Below are positions 18,626 through 28,660 of a stretch of DNA of 64,000 nucleotides, in pieces. Below the pieces are notes generated by a model that did no database searches, was not told the DNA's origin, and was given only the letters and a program-made list of their open reading frames with translations. The stretch is from an uncultured Gammaproteobacteria bacterium (GTDB lineage Bacteria > Patescibacteriota > Microgenomatia > Levybacterales > UBA12049). Numbering within the stretch: position 1 is the stretch's first letter; the number at the start of each line of letters is the position of its first letter. Location: contig OZ246394.1 of the NCBI GenBank assembly GCA_965230895.1, positions 633,316 through 697,315 of the forward strand. The letters are read 5' to 3'. The translations under genes were made by a program, and so were the position numbers.

Positions 18626-18729
18626 GACTATAATAGTATCTTTTTTAGTCTTTCTCTACAATAGATTTTTAACACTTTGATATATTGACAATGAAATATC
18701 CTCTTGATTAACTAGATATAGAACTTCAA

Positions 18730-21700
18730 ATGAAGAAACTAAAACTGTCCATCTTTAGTCTTCTCTTTCTTTCCATTGTCTTTGGATTCTTTTCTATTCA
18801 ACCAGCATTTGCGGATACAGTCACTCTTTCAGGTAGCGTGAAAGACTCTTCAGGTAATGCTATTTCAAATACTACAGTCAGTGTTAATGATCCAAGTGCA
18901 AGCAATACTACAACAGATAGCTCAGGAAATTACAGCCTTGTAATTGAAAGCGGCACATATAATGTCCAAGCTACTCCTCCATCTGGAAGTGGCTTTACTT
19001 CAGCAACCGCTCTTAATCGAAATATCTCATCAAGTACTGTACTTAACTTTGTTCTAGTCCCAACTGGAACTGTTACACTTACAGGGAAAGTACTTGATAG
19101 ATCCAACCAGCCATTAGCGAATCAATCAGTTGGTATTGCCCCATCAGGAACAAATAATTACGTTTTTACTACTACGGATAGTTCAGGAAACTACAGCTTC
19201 TCAACTACTTCCGGCAATTACAAACTTCAAGTTTCAGGCACAAATCCGCTCTCCACAAGTGCTCCATATACATATTCTATTGTTAGCTCAGGTACATTAA
19301 ATATTAACCAGAGCGTCATTATGGATATTCCACTTCCAGTGAAGCAAGTTACTGTTCATGTCCAAGATGTAAATGGAGTAGCACAATCAAATGTTGGATT
19401 ATCTACAAATGCACTTGGCATGCCTTCTACACCGATTGGGACAGTAACAAACGCAACTGGAACTTCTAGTTATCCAGTATCTGCTGGTCTTACAACAGAT
19501 GCATCAGGAAATGCAGTTATGTGGCTCTTCTCTACTCCTCCTTCCGGAAATCGTTATACATTTACAGCGACTCCTCCAAGTGGCAGTAGTTTTGTCACAA
19601 CGAACTTATCTCAAGTTTCAGTGACAAGTGACTCCACTGTTACATTAACCATTCAACAGCCAGTTACTCTCTCAGGTAAAGTTCTTGACCGAGCTAATCA
19701 GCCATTGGCAAATCAAACTGTTGGAATTGCTCCTCAAGGAACAAGTACATTCAGCAATACAACAACAGACAGTAATGGAAATTACAGCTTCTCAGTTGCA
19801 CCAGGCAACTATAGAGTACAAGTTTTGGGAAGTAACAATCCTTTGACAGTTAGTGCACCTCCTAATTATTCAATTGTCAGCTCAGGTACATTATCTTTAA
19901 CCCAGAATACAACTATGGATATTCCATTACCTATCAAGCAAGTGAGCATTCATGTCCAAGATCCATCGGGTAACCCTGCACAAAATATCACGCTCACAAC
20001 TAATTCAGTATCTATGCCATCCATACCTGTGGGGACAGTTACCAATGCTACAGGAACTTCTTCATATAATACTGCTGCAAACTTAAAAACCGATAGCTCA
20101 GGAAATGCCAAAATGTGGTTATTCCAAACTCCAACATCAGGAAATAGATACACAATCACAGCAACTACACCAAGCGGAAGTCCACTAATTACAAGGAGTG
20201 TTAGTTCTGTAGCTGTTCCAAATGACACAAGTATAACAATAGATTTACAGCAACAGGTAACATTAACTGGAAAAGTACTGAATGCATTAGGTTCTCCTCT
20301 AGAGAATCAGACAGTCTCAATTGCTCCTGCTAGTACAACCAACTTTGTAAATTCTGTTACTGACTCTAGCGGAAATTATACATTTACAGTTACATCAGGT
20401 AACTATCTTATTAAAGTTGCAGGAGTAAATAATGCCTTATCGACAAATGCTCCACCGTCATATTCAATTACAAGTTCTGGCACATTGTCACTTACTCAAA
20501 ACACTACAATGGATATTCCGCTACCTTTGAAAGAAGTAACTGTGCAAGTACAAGATATCAATAATAATCCGGTCCAAAATGTCGCTCTATCATCGAACGC
20601 TCCACAACTCCCATCAATTGCAATTGGCACAGTAACAAATGCTACGGGCATATCAAGTTATCCTTCGTCAGCCGGATTAGTGACAAATGCATCTGGTGAA
20701 GCAAAGATGTGGCTCTTCTCAACTCCTCCTTCGGGGAATAGATATACTTTGACGGCACAGCCACCAACTGGTAGTATATTTGATCCATTCAACCTCACAA
20801 ACGTGGCTGTTACAGCAAACCAAACAGAACTTATATCTTTGCAATATAATCACGCAACTCCCGCAACTACAGCTTCAGTGGTTACAGAAAATGAAGATGA
20901 AACCTATTCTAACCCTGCAACAGTTACTCTTTCAGCGACTGCTGCATCAGGATATTCTGTAGCAAATACGTATTACAAGGTAGATGGCGGATCAACTCAA
21001 ACATATACATCTCCATTTACAGTTAGCGGCAATGGCAGCCACACAATCAATTATTGGTCAGTTGATAACAGCGGTGCTCAAGAACAAACAAAAACGACAT
21101 CCTTCGTCATTGCTTCAACAGCGAGATTAACAGGGATAAATGTTGGAGGAAGTAATTCTGGGGACTTCACATCTGACACAGGATATTCAGGGGGAAGTAC
21201 GTATTCTACAAATGACTCTGTTTCAGCCACAGGAGTAACCGATCCTGCTTCACAAGATGTATATCAAACAGTTCGCTATGGTAACTTCTCATACACTATC
21301 TCTAACCTGACTCCAAACGCAGCATATGGCGTAAGATTGCACTTTAATGAACTCTACTGGAATAGTATTGGCGCACGTGTATTCGATGTGAAATACAATG
21401 GACAGACAATTTTAGATAACTACGATATCTATGAAGCTGCTGGTGGGAAAAACAAGGCGGTTGTTACAGAAGCAAACGGTACAGCAGATAGTAACGGGAA
21501 TGTGACGCTTCAGTTTGTAACTGAATTTGATAATGCTATGGTAAGCGGTATTGAGGTATACAGTGGAAACTTAAATGTTCCAACACCTACTCCGACACCA
21601 ACTCTTTCTGTGCCATATGGCATTAATTCAGGAGGATCAACTACTGGAAGTTATGTAGCAGATCGAAACTTTACAGGTGGCTCTTTATACACTACTGCAA

Positions 21701-22053
21701 ATTCAGTTGATACCACAGGATTAACGAATCCAGCACCAGAAGCCGCATACAAGTCTGTACGCTATGGTAATTTCTCCTACAACTTACCAAACCTTAACCC
21801 AGAGACAAATTATGTTTTAAGACTTCACTTTGATGAGTTCTATTGGACATCAATCGGAAGTAGAGTCTTTGATGTCTCAGTTAATGGATCTCAAGTTCTC
21901 AATGATTACGACATTTATGAAGCTGCTGGGGCACAAAATAAGGCGATAATTGAGGATATTCCTGTTACTACGGATGAAGAAGGAGACTTAAATGTTCAGT
22001 TTACCTCAGTGACTGATAATGCAATGGTTAGTGGAATTGAAGTAGTAAACTAA
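18730..22053 (+). CDS. Large secreted, surface-associated protein. It has three carboxypeptidase-regulatory-like repeat modules, an Ig-like domain and two malectin-like carbohydrate-binding domains.
   Basis: It has a signal peptide (MKKLKLSIFSLLFLSIVFGFFSIQPAFA). Three ~200-aa repeats begin with VTLTGKVLD...NQ.VGIAP. An Ig-like segment follows (YYKVDGGSTQTYTSPFTVSGNGSHTINYWSVDNSG). The two C-terminal domains match the malectin pattern (GINVGG...YQTVRYGNFSY...LHFNELYW...RVFDV) and are joined by a PTPTPT linker. Confidence 0.7.
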   Translation: MKKLKLSIFSLLFLSIVFGFFSIQPAFADTVTLSGSVKDSSGNAISNTTVSVNDPSASNTTTDSSGNYSLVIESGTYNVQATPPSGSGFTSATALNRNISSSTVLNFVLVPTGTVTLTGKVLDRSNQPLANQSVGIAPSGTNNYVFTTTDSSGNYSFSTTSGNYKLQVSGTNPLSTSAPYTYSIVSSGTLNINQSVIMDIPLPVKQVTVHVQDVNGVAQSNVGLSTNALGMPSTPIGTVTNATGTSSYPVSAGLTTDASGNAVMWLFSTPPSGNRYTFTATPPSGSSFVTTNLSQVSVTSDSTVTLTIQQPVTLSGKVLDRANQPLANQTVGIAPQGTSTFSNTTTDSNGNYSFSVAPGNYRVQVLGSNNPLTVSAPPNYSIVSSGTLSLTQNTTMDIPLPIKQVSIHVQDPSGNPAQNITLTTNSVSMPSIPVGTVTNATGTSSYNTAANLKTDSSGNAKMWLFQTPTSGNRYTITATTPSGSPLITRSVSSVAVPNDTSITIDLQQQVTLTGKVLNALGSPLENQTVSIAPASTTNFVNSVTDSSGNYTFTVTSGNYLIKVAGVNNALSTNAPPSYSITSSGTLSLTQNTTMDIPLPLKEVTVQVQDINNNPVQNVALSSNAPQLPSIAIGTVTNATGISSYPSSAGLVTNASGEAKMWLFSTPPSGNRYTLTAQPPTGSIFDPFNLTNVAVTANQTELISLQYNHATPATTASVVTENEDETYSNPATVTLSATAASGYSVANTYYKVDGGSTQTYTSPFTVSGNGSHTINYWSVDNSGAQEQTKTTSFVIASTARLTGINVGGSNSGDFTSDTGYSGGSTYSTNDSVSATGVTDPASQDVYQTVRYGNFSYTISNLTPNAAYGVRLHFNELYWNSIGARVFDVKYNGQTILDNYDIYEAAGGKNKAVVTEANGTADSNGNVTLQFVTEFDNAMVSGIEVYSGNLNVPTPTPTPTLSVPYGINSGGSTTGSYVADRNFTGGSLYTTANSVDTTGLTNPAPEAAYKSVRYGNFSYNLPNLNPETNYVLRLHFDEFYWTSIGSRVFDVSVNGSQVLNDYDIYEAAGAQNKAIIEDIPVTTDEEGDLNVQFTSVTDNAMVSGIEVVN

Positions 22054-22099
22054 TTACTCTCCTCCAACTTTTTCAAACTAGTTTCAATTACATTTTGCC

Positions 22100-22400
22100 T
22101 AAAGCATCTCTAGTTATATCTAAATCAATTCGATCGTCCTCATCTATTACCTTTTTAAAGGCTTGTATTGCCTTTTCAAGCACTTTATCTACTGGAGACG
22201 ACCGTTTTCAAGGGAGAGTCATTTACTGTGTCTATGAGGTCCTCAAGTACATAGTCACTGTAGTATTTATCCGTAATATCAACGCTTGTATATCGAAGTG
22301 TTCGCGAGACCAACGGCAAAGATAGTCGTCTAAGGCTTGTGTAACTTTTGACCTTGCAACATAAAGAATTACTTTTGAATTCCTTACGTGCATATTCTTT
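22100..22400 (-). pseudogene. Tyrosine integrase relic with an internal deletion. N-terminal and C-terminal segments homologous to the intact integrase at 39875-40927 are fused.
   Basis: 22335-22395 matches integrase 5' codons (GTAACTTTTGACCTTGCAACATAA). 22148-22330 matches the integrase 3' region (CATAGTCACTGTAGTATTTATC...). The ~750 nt between them is absent. Confidence 0.55.
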
Positions 22401-22447
22401 CTACAGCTCTAACATGAGGTTAGGTAAGTGTTAATCTTAATATTAAT

Positions 22448-22458
22448 TTCTACGGATA
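22448..22458 (+). repeat. Copy 1 of a recurrent 11-mer, TTTCTACGGAT.
   Basis: The exact 11-mer is also present at 34925-34935 (+) and 30099-30109 (-). All three are in intergenic DNA inside the islands. Confidence 0.5.
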
Positions 22459-22470
22459 CCTTAAAGGATA

Positions 22471-22511
22471 TTGAGCGGGCGATGGGAGTCGGACCCACTG
22501 CCTTCTCCTTG
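22471..22511. repeat. att-like direct repeat, a 41-nt exact copy of the tRNA-Gly(CCC) 3' half, forming the junction of islands A and B.
   Basis: TTGAGCGGGCGATGGGAGTCGGACCCACTGCCTTCTCCTTG is identical to 40988-41028. Confidence 0.7.
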
Positions 22512-22634
22512 TAGGAAGCGTGTCCCGCACAAGAAATGTCAAAAGTATGTAGCAAATACTAGCAAACCGTAGAGGTAATAGCAAACGTTGAAAACCACAC
22601 AATGAGCACAGAAGAGACAGCGAATGTTACTTGA

Positions 22635-23450
22635 TTAATTCTTTGCCAAGAACTTTAACAATGCTTCATTAAAGACTTCTGGGGACTCAATATGAGAAAA
22701 ATGCGTTGCATGTGGTACTTCAAGCAAAGTGGAACCTTTTATTAACTTATGTGCTGTCTTTCCAATAAGTGGATTAGTTATAAAATCCTTTTCTCCAACA
22801 ACAATAAGCGTTTTAGCTTTGATCTTGCCAAATTTTTCTTTGAGACTTTCAAACGGTCGTGTATGAATATCCAGCATTCTTCGAGATCTTCGGGAATTCA
22901 GGATAATTCGGTTCTCATACGATTTAGGTTTGAAAATAGTCGTGTGAGACTTATAAAGGAAGTTTGGAAAAAGATATTTCCCGAATCTTACAACGACATG
23001 TTGATTAAACTCCGACTTAAGCGAAGAGAAAGGCAATCCTCCACTGCTATAGAGTACAAGTTTTTTGACAGGAAATTGTGCAGCATAAGCTGTAGCAATC
23101 CTTCCTCCGAAAGAATGTCCAATGATAATTGGATCTTTAACTCCTTTCTCAGCTGCAAATGCATGGACAAATTCAGCATACTCACTAAGATTCCAAACCT
23201 TTGGTGGTTCTTGGCTCAATCCAAAGCCAGGTAAATCAGGTGCAAGTACATGATATTTCTTTGATAGTCGCTCTGTGATATTGCTCCAGAATGCATGCGA
23301 TTGCCCCCACCCGTGAAGTAAGAGAATATAGTTGTTTCCCGCTCCAAGCTCTTCATAGAATACATCCATATCGGATACAACAATCTTTTTTAAGTTAGTT
23401 TGTTCTTTCATAAACTGTTCCTTCTCGATCTCCTTTCGGATAATCTTCAA
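22635..23450 (-). CDS. Alpha/beta-fold hydrolase.
   Basis: LLLHGWGQSHAFW ... IIIGHSFGG is the nucleophile elbow GHSFG. The protein is 271 aa. Confidence 0.7.
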   Translation of the reverse strand: MKIIRKEIEKEQFMKEQTNLKKIVVSDMDVFYEELGAGNNYILLLHGWGQSHAFWSNITERLSKKYHVLAPDLPGFGLSQEPPKVWNLSEYAEFVHAFAAEKGVKDPIIIGHSFGGRIATAYAAQFPVKKLVLYSSGGLPFSSLKSEFNQHVVVRFGKYLFPNFLYKSHTTIFKPKSYENRIILNSRRSRRMLDIHTRPFESLKEKFGKIKAKTLIVVGEKDFITNPLIGKTAHKLIKGSTLLEVPHATHFSHIESPEVFNEALLKFLAKN

Positions 23451-23464
23451 AACAAATAAAGCTA

Positions 23465-24034
23465 CTAAGTAGATTGAAGAGTTTTAATTATTTTGTCCAC
23501 TGCTTCCACAGGAGAAAGAGCTGTTGTGTCTATTATTAGTTGTTCGTCGAAATCTATTTTGCTCAATGATTCAGGATATTGTTCTACCCATTGATTAAAT
23601 CTTTTTACTGTATTAATCTTATTCATTTCCTTGCGCGAATCACTTTCAATCCGTTTCTCTATAGTTTCTTCAGACGCTGTGAGATGCACGACGAGCACTC
23701 TCCCTCCAGCATTAGTAACAACATGCACAAGTTGTCTATAGAAGGCTTCATTGTCGCGCATAATGACACCAGTTGCTATGAGGTTTATATTAGCACTAAC
23801 TGCTTCTTCGATTATCCTTAAACGGAATTCTTTTTCTAGTTTCTTGCGTATTGGATGATCAAAACCGAAGACCTCGCTCAGAGCATTAAGAATTATGTGA
23901 TTATGAAGAAATGTAAAGCCTGTTGTCTTAGCTAATTCTTTAGCTACAGTATATTTGCCCGTTCCTGGAGCTCCATAAAAGAGAATAAACTTCATATTAG
24001 TAATAATATTAGTGTCATTTAAACTGGAAATCAA
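23465..24034 (-). CDS. P-loop kinase (AAA_33 / zeta-toxin / chloramphenicol-phosphotransferase-like).
   Basis: It has Walker A ILFYGAPGTGKYTVAKEL and is 189 aa. It overlaps the downstream P450-like gene by 20 nt. Confidence 0.55.
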   Translation of the reverse strand: MISSLNDTNIITNMKFILFYGAPGTGKYTVAKELAKTTGFTFLHNHIILNALSEVFGFDHPIRKKLEKEFRLRIIEEAVSANINLIATGVIMRDNEAFYRQLVHVVTNAGGRVLVVHLTASEETIEKRIESDSRKEMNKINTVKRFNQWVEQYPESLSKIDFDEQLIIDTTALSPVEAVDKIIKTLQST

Positions 24035-25289
24035 ATTCTTGATCAGGTCTTACAAGTGTAAACTTCAGTTTTGGTTTGGGATCATTTGCACACGAAATAT
24101 CTTCTGTACTTGCGAGCACTGCAGGGACATATTCTCTATGTATAGCTTGCGTCAAATGTTTTCCAAAGCATCTTCGTAATCCTGGACTGAATTGTAAATC
24201 ATATGTTCCTTTTTGGCTTGTGGTAGCATCCTCCTGGTCTGGCAAAGTAAATAATGGTACAGCAAGAAGTGAACCAACTGGCATTACTCCTGTTGAAATT
24301 TCTAATGGCGCGGTTGTCCTGCGCAAAATAAAAGTCGATGTAGGGTGCGTCTCAGCAGATGACTCAAGAAATTGTCTACATAACACTGGAAAGTCATCAG
24401 TACCCAAAGACTCCCTTAATCCCGCTTGTGTTTCTTTATCTTTTGCGAGGTTATATGTAATCCATTCAAGTGAAGTTGCGAGCTCACCTTGTCCCGTAAT
24501 AGTTCCTCGGAAAGTTTCCATAACCTGATCTTGTGCTTGTGTACGTAATACCTGCGTTAAAACTCCTTCAGTTCCTTGGTTAACCGCTCTTGTTAGTACA
24601 TGGTCTAAAGTATCTGTATATGGAGTAAGTCTTTTTTCTGCATACCGTCTAACTGGACCAATTCTTCCTGTCTTTAATACCAATAATGGACTCGTTACAT
24701 AGTAACTATTGAAGCTGTCAATAATCTGATCTGCCTCTTCTACTGGAAGTTGTTGACCAAGATATGTTCCTAATATTGCTCTTGCAGCAAATCTCCTGAA
24801 TAATCTTGAAGAAGGGACATCCTCTTTTATTAACTCCTCAGTTAAACTTTCGGTTGCTGATCCTACTGCTTCTCCAACTATCTCTTCATGTTTCTTTAAA
24901 TTTCTGGGCGAAACTGAAGGTGACAATTCTGTTCGTGCGACTTTCCATTCTTGCAAATTTTCGTTATCCTGTATAACCCCTCCCTGAGTTGCTATAAGAA
25001 ATCTTTTTTCTCCTGTAGGCATAGTAACGTCCTCAAAATCTCTCATCAATACTTGCCTAGCTAAACTCCTTGATGTGACTAGATAGGATTGACGAAATCC
25101 CGGTACAGAAATAGGCAATCGCATTAAATCAGCTTGTGTTCCTACTTGTTGAACCATATTCCTCCATGGTTCAAGGTACAAGGATCTCGGAAACTGTGGA
25201 TTTGTACGATTAAGACTTAAAATACTGCCTGTAATCTCAGCGACACTTGGTGTATATGCTTCTGGTAATCTTTCTCTTTCTGTAGCCAT
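24015..25289 (-). CDS. Cytochrome P450-like heme-thiolate protein.
   Basis: Near the C-terminus, FSPGLRRCFGKHL matches the P450 Cys-ligand motif FxxGxRxCxG. There is an I-helix-like GQGELATSLEW. The 424-aa size is typical. The ExxR motif is not clean. Confidence 0.45.
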   Translation of the reverse strand: MATERERLPEAYTPSVAEITGSILSLNRTNPQFPRSLYLEPWRNMVQQVGTQADLMRLPISVPGFRQSYLVTSRSLARQVLMRDFEDVTMPTGEKRFLIATQGGVIQDNENLQEWKVARTELSPSVSPRNLKKHEEIVGEAVGSATESLTEELIKEDVPSSRLFRRFAARAILGTYLGQQLPVEEADQIIDSFNSYYVTSPLLVLKTGRIGPVRRYAEKRLTPYTDTLDHVLTRAVNQGTEGVLTQVLRTQAQDQVMETFRGTITGQGELATSLEWITYNLAKDKETQAGLRESLGTDDFPVLCRQFLESSAETHPTSTFILRRTTAPLEISTGVMPVGSLLAVPLFTLPDQEDATTSQKGTYDLQFSPGLRRCFGKHLTQAIHREYVPAVLASTEDISCANDPKPKLKFTLVRPDQEFDFQFK

Positions 25290-25363
25290 AAATGAAACAG
25301 AATTATACCATAGGATATAGTAAGAGTTGCTTTATCTCAAAGAATTTTTTATAATCTCGATTC

Positions 25364-26521
25364 ATGGAAAGACCTCAATTAAGAAAAGACATTCCTCTAT
25401 CAGAGCGGGGGTTCGCACGTGGATCTGAAATTGCCCTTTTAAACGATGTTCAATATAAAGATCAACTTAGACTTCTTATTCCCCAAGCAAAAAAAAGAGT
25501 TTGGATACAAACAATGACCTTTGATGGAAAAGGTAATTTCCCAGAATTCCAAGCTTTATTTGGTGAGACAGCAGAAAGAGGCATTGATACAAGGTTCACA
25601 GTAGATGCTTTTCATAGGATGCATGTCGCTGATTCGCTTTATTACCAGCCTCATTTATCACGAAGAAGGAGGCAAGAAGTGCGGGATTCTAAAACTGGCA
25701 AAAAGGATGCATTAGCTGAACTTGAAGAAAGCGGGGTTCAAGTTATTGAAACAAATCCTCCAAGAGGTATTATGGAGAAACTTAATCCTGCACGAGGAAG
25801 GAATCACAGAAAAATGGCGGTTATCGACGATGTTGTCTTTGTCGGAGATCAGCATCATTTCGTAGAACATAGTCAGCCCGGTACAATGACTCGTGTGACA
25901 GATCCAATACTTGTGGAGGGCCTTGCGGATATTTATGAATCAGCTGGGAAAGGGCCTGGTGGAGAGGATTACGAATTAGTTGGTTCTGATGGCACCACAC
26001 TTCTTGTAGATGCTGGTGTTCCAGGAAGATCTCTAATTATGGATCACGCAAAAGCAGCGATAGAAGGTGCACAGCAAAGTGTGGTAATGACCAATCAACA
26101 TACTTCTGATGGAGAACTTGTCGTAGCAATGCAAGCGGCGCAGGATAATGGTGCTTCGGGAAAAATGATTGTTGGTGATCCGAACTTGCTAGATTTTCCT
26201 TTGTCATGGATGTTTGATACAAAAAGCCAGTTACAATCAAAAAAAGCAGGTATAACAATTCCTACATACGAGAATCCTGTATGGATACATTCAAATTTAC
26301 TTTTGGTAGATGAAGACCTTCCTTCAGCACAGGTCTTTATGGGTACAAGATGTTATTCGGATATGATTACTAATTGGGGTTCTCAAGAAGTCGCATTACA
26401 ATCCAGAAATCCTGAATTCATTGGGCAGGTAGGGGCACATTTGCGTAGATTAGAGGATGAGTCAAAAGTACGAAAGCCAGACCGAACAGTAAGAGAAATT
26501 GTGTTTAGCAGAGGCTCCTAA
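25364..26521 (+). CDS. Phospholipase D-like (HKD) domain protein.
   Basis: NHRKMAVIDD matches HxKxxxxD. A second degenerate motif is HSNLLLVD. The protein is 385 aa. Confidence 0.45.
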   Translation: MERPQLRKDIPLSERGFARGSEIALLNDVQYKDQLRLLIPQAKKRVWIQTMTFDGKGNFPEFQALFGETAERGIDTRFTVDAFHRMHVADSLYYQPHLSRRRRQEVRDSKTGKKDALAELEESGVQVIETNPPRGIMEKLNPARGRNHRKMAVIDDVVFVGDQHHFVEHSQPGTMTRVTDPILVEGLADIYESAGKGPGGEDYELVGSDGTTLLVDAGVPGRSLIMDHAKAAIEGAQQSVVMTNQHTSDGELVVAMQAAQDNGASGKMIVGDPNLLDFPLSWMFDTKSQLQSKKAGITIPTYENPVWIHSNLLLVDEDLPSAQVFMGTRCYSDMITNWGSQEVALQSRNPEFIGQVGAHLRRLEDESKVRKPDRTVREIVFSRGS

Positions 26522-26548
26522 CCAATATTTTAATGCTATAATTATCAG

Positions 26549-27340
26549 ATGAGTAAAACAAATCAACTAAAAATAAGCTCCTCAATTACAGATTTTGCAC
26601 CGCTATTTTTCGATTTAGAATACATGTTCAAAGGTTTAAAAAATGCAGGCGTCGATGGTGTAGAACTTGTAATCGGTTTGAAATCACGTTGGACTGTAGA
26701 TAGAGTAAAACACCTCTCGAAGAAATATAGTTTACCCGTTACAAGCATTCATCAGCCAGTTTGGGGTGGATTAGGACTATCTTTTGATGAAGGTTTTTTT
26801 GACATAGCCAAACAATTAGGTGCAAAGAAAGTTGTTTGTCATCCTATTCCCAGATATTCGCTCCAAGAAAAACCCATGCAAGAATATCTTAAAAGACTTT
26901 CTCATATAAAGAAGAATAAAGGGATAGATATCCTTGTAGAAAATCTCTCTCCAAACTATGATAATAAGCTTGTGGATCCCTTCTTCCCTTTAGGTAAAGA
27001 TACTGGAAACATGCAAGAACTGTATTTAGCAGCTAGAGCACACAATCTTGATGTCACACTAGACATAGACCATCTTGCAAAAACAAAGCCACACAAGGAA
27101 AAATGGCTAAAGGAAATGATTCCTCATATTGGCAATGTGCATTTAAGTAGTTTTACACCAGTAGAACATCATATGCCTTTATACATGGGAGATTTCAAAG
27201 CAAAAGAATTTGTACAATATCTGCAGAAAATGAACTATAAAGGATTATTGACGTTTGAAATATACTATCCTACTTTTCTCAAACCTTTTGGATATGATTT
27301 TGACGCAATCAAAAAATCTGTCCAAGTCTTGAAAGGTTAG
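26549..27340 (+). CDS. Xylose-isomerase-like TIM-barrel protein (sugar-phosphate isomerase/epimerase family).
   Basis: It is 263 aa. There is a weak pattern match (VCHPIP, ENLSPNY, DIDHLA...HLSSF metal-ligand-like His/Asp/Glu spacing). Confidence 0.35.
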   Translation: MSKTNQLKISSSITDFAPLFFDLEYMFKGLKNAGVDGVELVIGLKSRWTVDRVKHLSKKYSLPVTSIHQPVWGGLGLSFDEGFFDIAKQLGAKKVVCHPIPRYSLQEKPMQEYLKRLSHIKKNKGIDILVENLSPNYDNKLVDPFFPLGKDTGNMQELYLAARAHNLDVTLDIDHLAKTKPHKEKWLKEMIPHIGNVHLSSFTPVEHHMPLYMGDFKAKEFVQYLQKMNYKGLLTFEIYYPTFLKPFGYDFDAIKKSVQVLKG

Positions 27341-27395
27341 ATTTTTGTATTGCTATATCTGCTCCTTTTTATTAGAATGATCTTTATAAAAGAAT

Positions 27396-28655
27396 ATGTT
27401 TAATGTTGCCAAATTCCGACAACAATTCCCAGCATTGCGTACTGATAAACCTCCTATATTTCTTGATGCTGTCGGAGGAACTCAAGTTCCACAAACAGTA
27501 GTTGATGCTGTTACCGACCATCTTATTACTAAGAATGGTAACAAGGGTGGTGTCTTCCCTACAAGTGTAAAAACAGACGAGATGATGGAAGAAACTCGAA
27601 AGATAGTGGCAGAGTTTATAAATGCTCCTGATTCAGACGAAATCATATTTGGTCCAAACTTCACTACTTTGACATTTAGTATGAGTCGTTCATTAGCCAA
27701 GACTTGGAAACAAGGAGATGAAATTATCTTAACTCGCTTGGATCACGATGCTAATGTTTCTCCATGGGTACTTGCAGCCGAAGATGCAGGTGTTACAGTT
27801 CGCTACATAGATATTGACGATAGCACTTGCCAATTGGATTTAGAGGGATATAAAAATATACTCTCAGAGAAAACTAAGCTTGTTGCTTTTTGCGCAGCTT
27901 CAAGTTCTGTTGGAACTCGAACTGATGTAAAAACTATTGCGAGAATGGCTCATGAAGTTGGCGCGCTTGTTTATGTTGATGCCGTTGCATATGCACCACA
28001 TGATTCGATTGATGTACAAGAATGGGAAGCTGACTTTGTAGGATGTTCAGGTTATAAATTCTTTGGACCCCATGTTGGATTTTTATGGGGCAAGCGAAAA
28101 TACCTTGAAACGCTTCCTGCGTATAAGATACGGCCTGCACCTAATAAAATTCCAGGAAAATGGATGAATGGAGCACAAGCGTTTGAAATAGTTACTGGTG
28201 CAAAAGCATCTATTGAGTATCTTGCTCAGGTAGGGAAAGAAAATCCATCTTACCAAAAAGCATATCCGGATTTTACTGGTAGACAATTAGATATTCATGC
28301 TGGTATGGCTGCAATTGCAGATTATGAATCTACATTAACATGGAAATTTATTAATGAAATTAAGAAGCGTCCACAGTTTACTCTTTGGGGAATTGATGAT
28401 GAAAAAGATAAAATGCAACGCGTTCCAACTATAGCTGTGTCATTAGGGAATGAACCTTCAGATAAAATTGCAAAATACCTTGCTGAAAATAATATTTACA
28501 TTTGGAGTAGAAGTGTATATTCAATCTCTCTGTCAGAACGACTTGGACTAGAACAAACGGGCGGATTTATCCGAGTTGGATTTGTTCATTACAATACACC
28601 TGAGGAAATCGATACTTTACTTGAAGCTTTGGACAATTACAAAATCTCTGAATAA
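27396..28655 (+). CDS. Class V aminotransferase (cysteine desulfurase / selenocysteine-lyase-like PLP enzyme).
   Basis: LDHDANVSPW ... DFVGCSGYKFFGPHVGFLWGKRKYL has the SGYK PLP-lysine context. The protein is 419 aa. Confidence 0.7.
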   Translation: MFNVAKFRQQFPALRTDKPPIFLDAVGGTQVPQTVVDAVTDHLITKNGNKGGVFPTSVKTDEMMEETRKIVAEFINAPDSDEIIFGPNFTTLTFSMSRSLAKTWKQGDEIILTRLDHDANVSPWVLAAEDAGVTVRYIDIDDSTCQLDLEGYKNILSEKTKLVAFCAASSSVGTRTDVKTIARMAHEVGALVYVDAVAYAPHDSIDVQEWEADFVGCSGYKFFGPHVGFLWGKRKYLETLPAYKIRPAPNKIPGKWMNGAQAFEIVTGAKASIEYLAQVGKENPSYQKAYPDFTGRQLDIHAGMAAIADYESTLTWKFINEIKKRPQFTLWGIDDEKDKMQRVPTIAVSLGNEPSDKIAKYLAENNIYIWSRSVYSISLSERLGLEQTGGFIRVGFVHYNTPEEIDTLLEALDNYKISE

Positions 28656-28660
28656 CTAAA

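Larger units (their letters stand above)
16198..22511. mobile_element. Genomic island A, the older tandem island at the tRNA-Gly hotspot, with a decayed integrase.
   Basis: It is bounded by tRNA-Gly 3'-half repeats at 16198 and 22471. The integrase relic sits at the tRNA-proximal end. The cargo is unrelated to the flanking core genes. Confidence 0.5.

Noticed and set aside
22095-22325. A 76-aa plus-strand ORF in the island A/B junction region.
   Set aside because: It lies antisense to DNA that is clearly homologous, on the minus strand, to the 3' part of the intact integrase gene. The real feature is the integrase relic, not this ORF.
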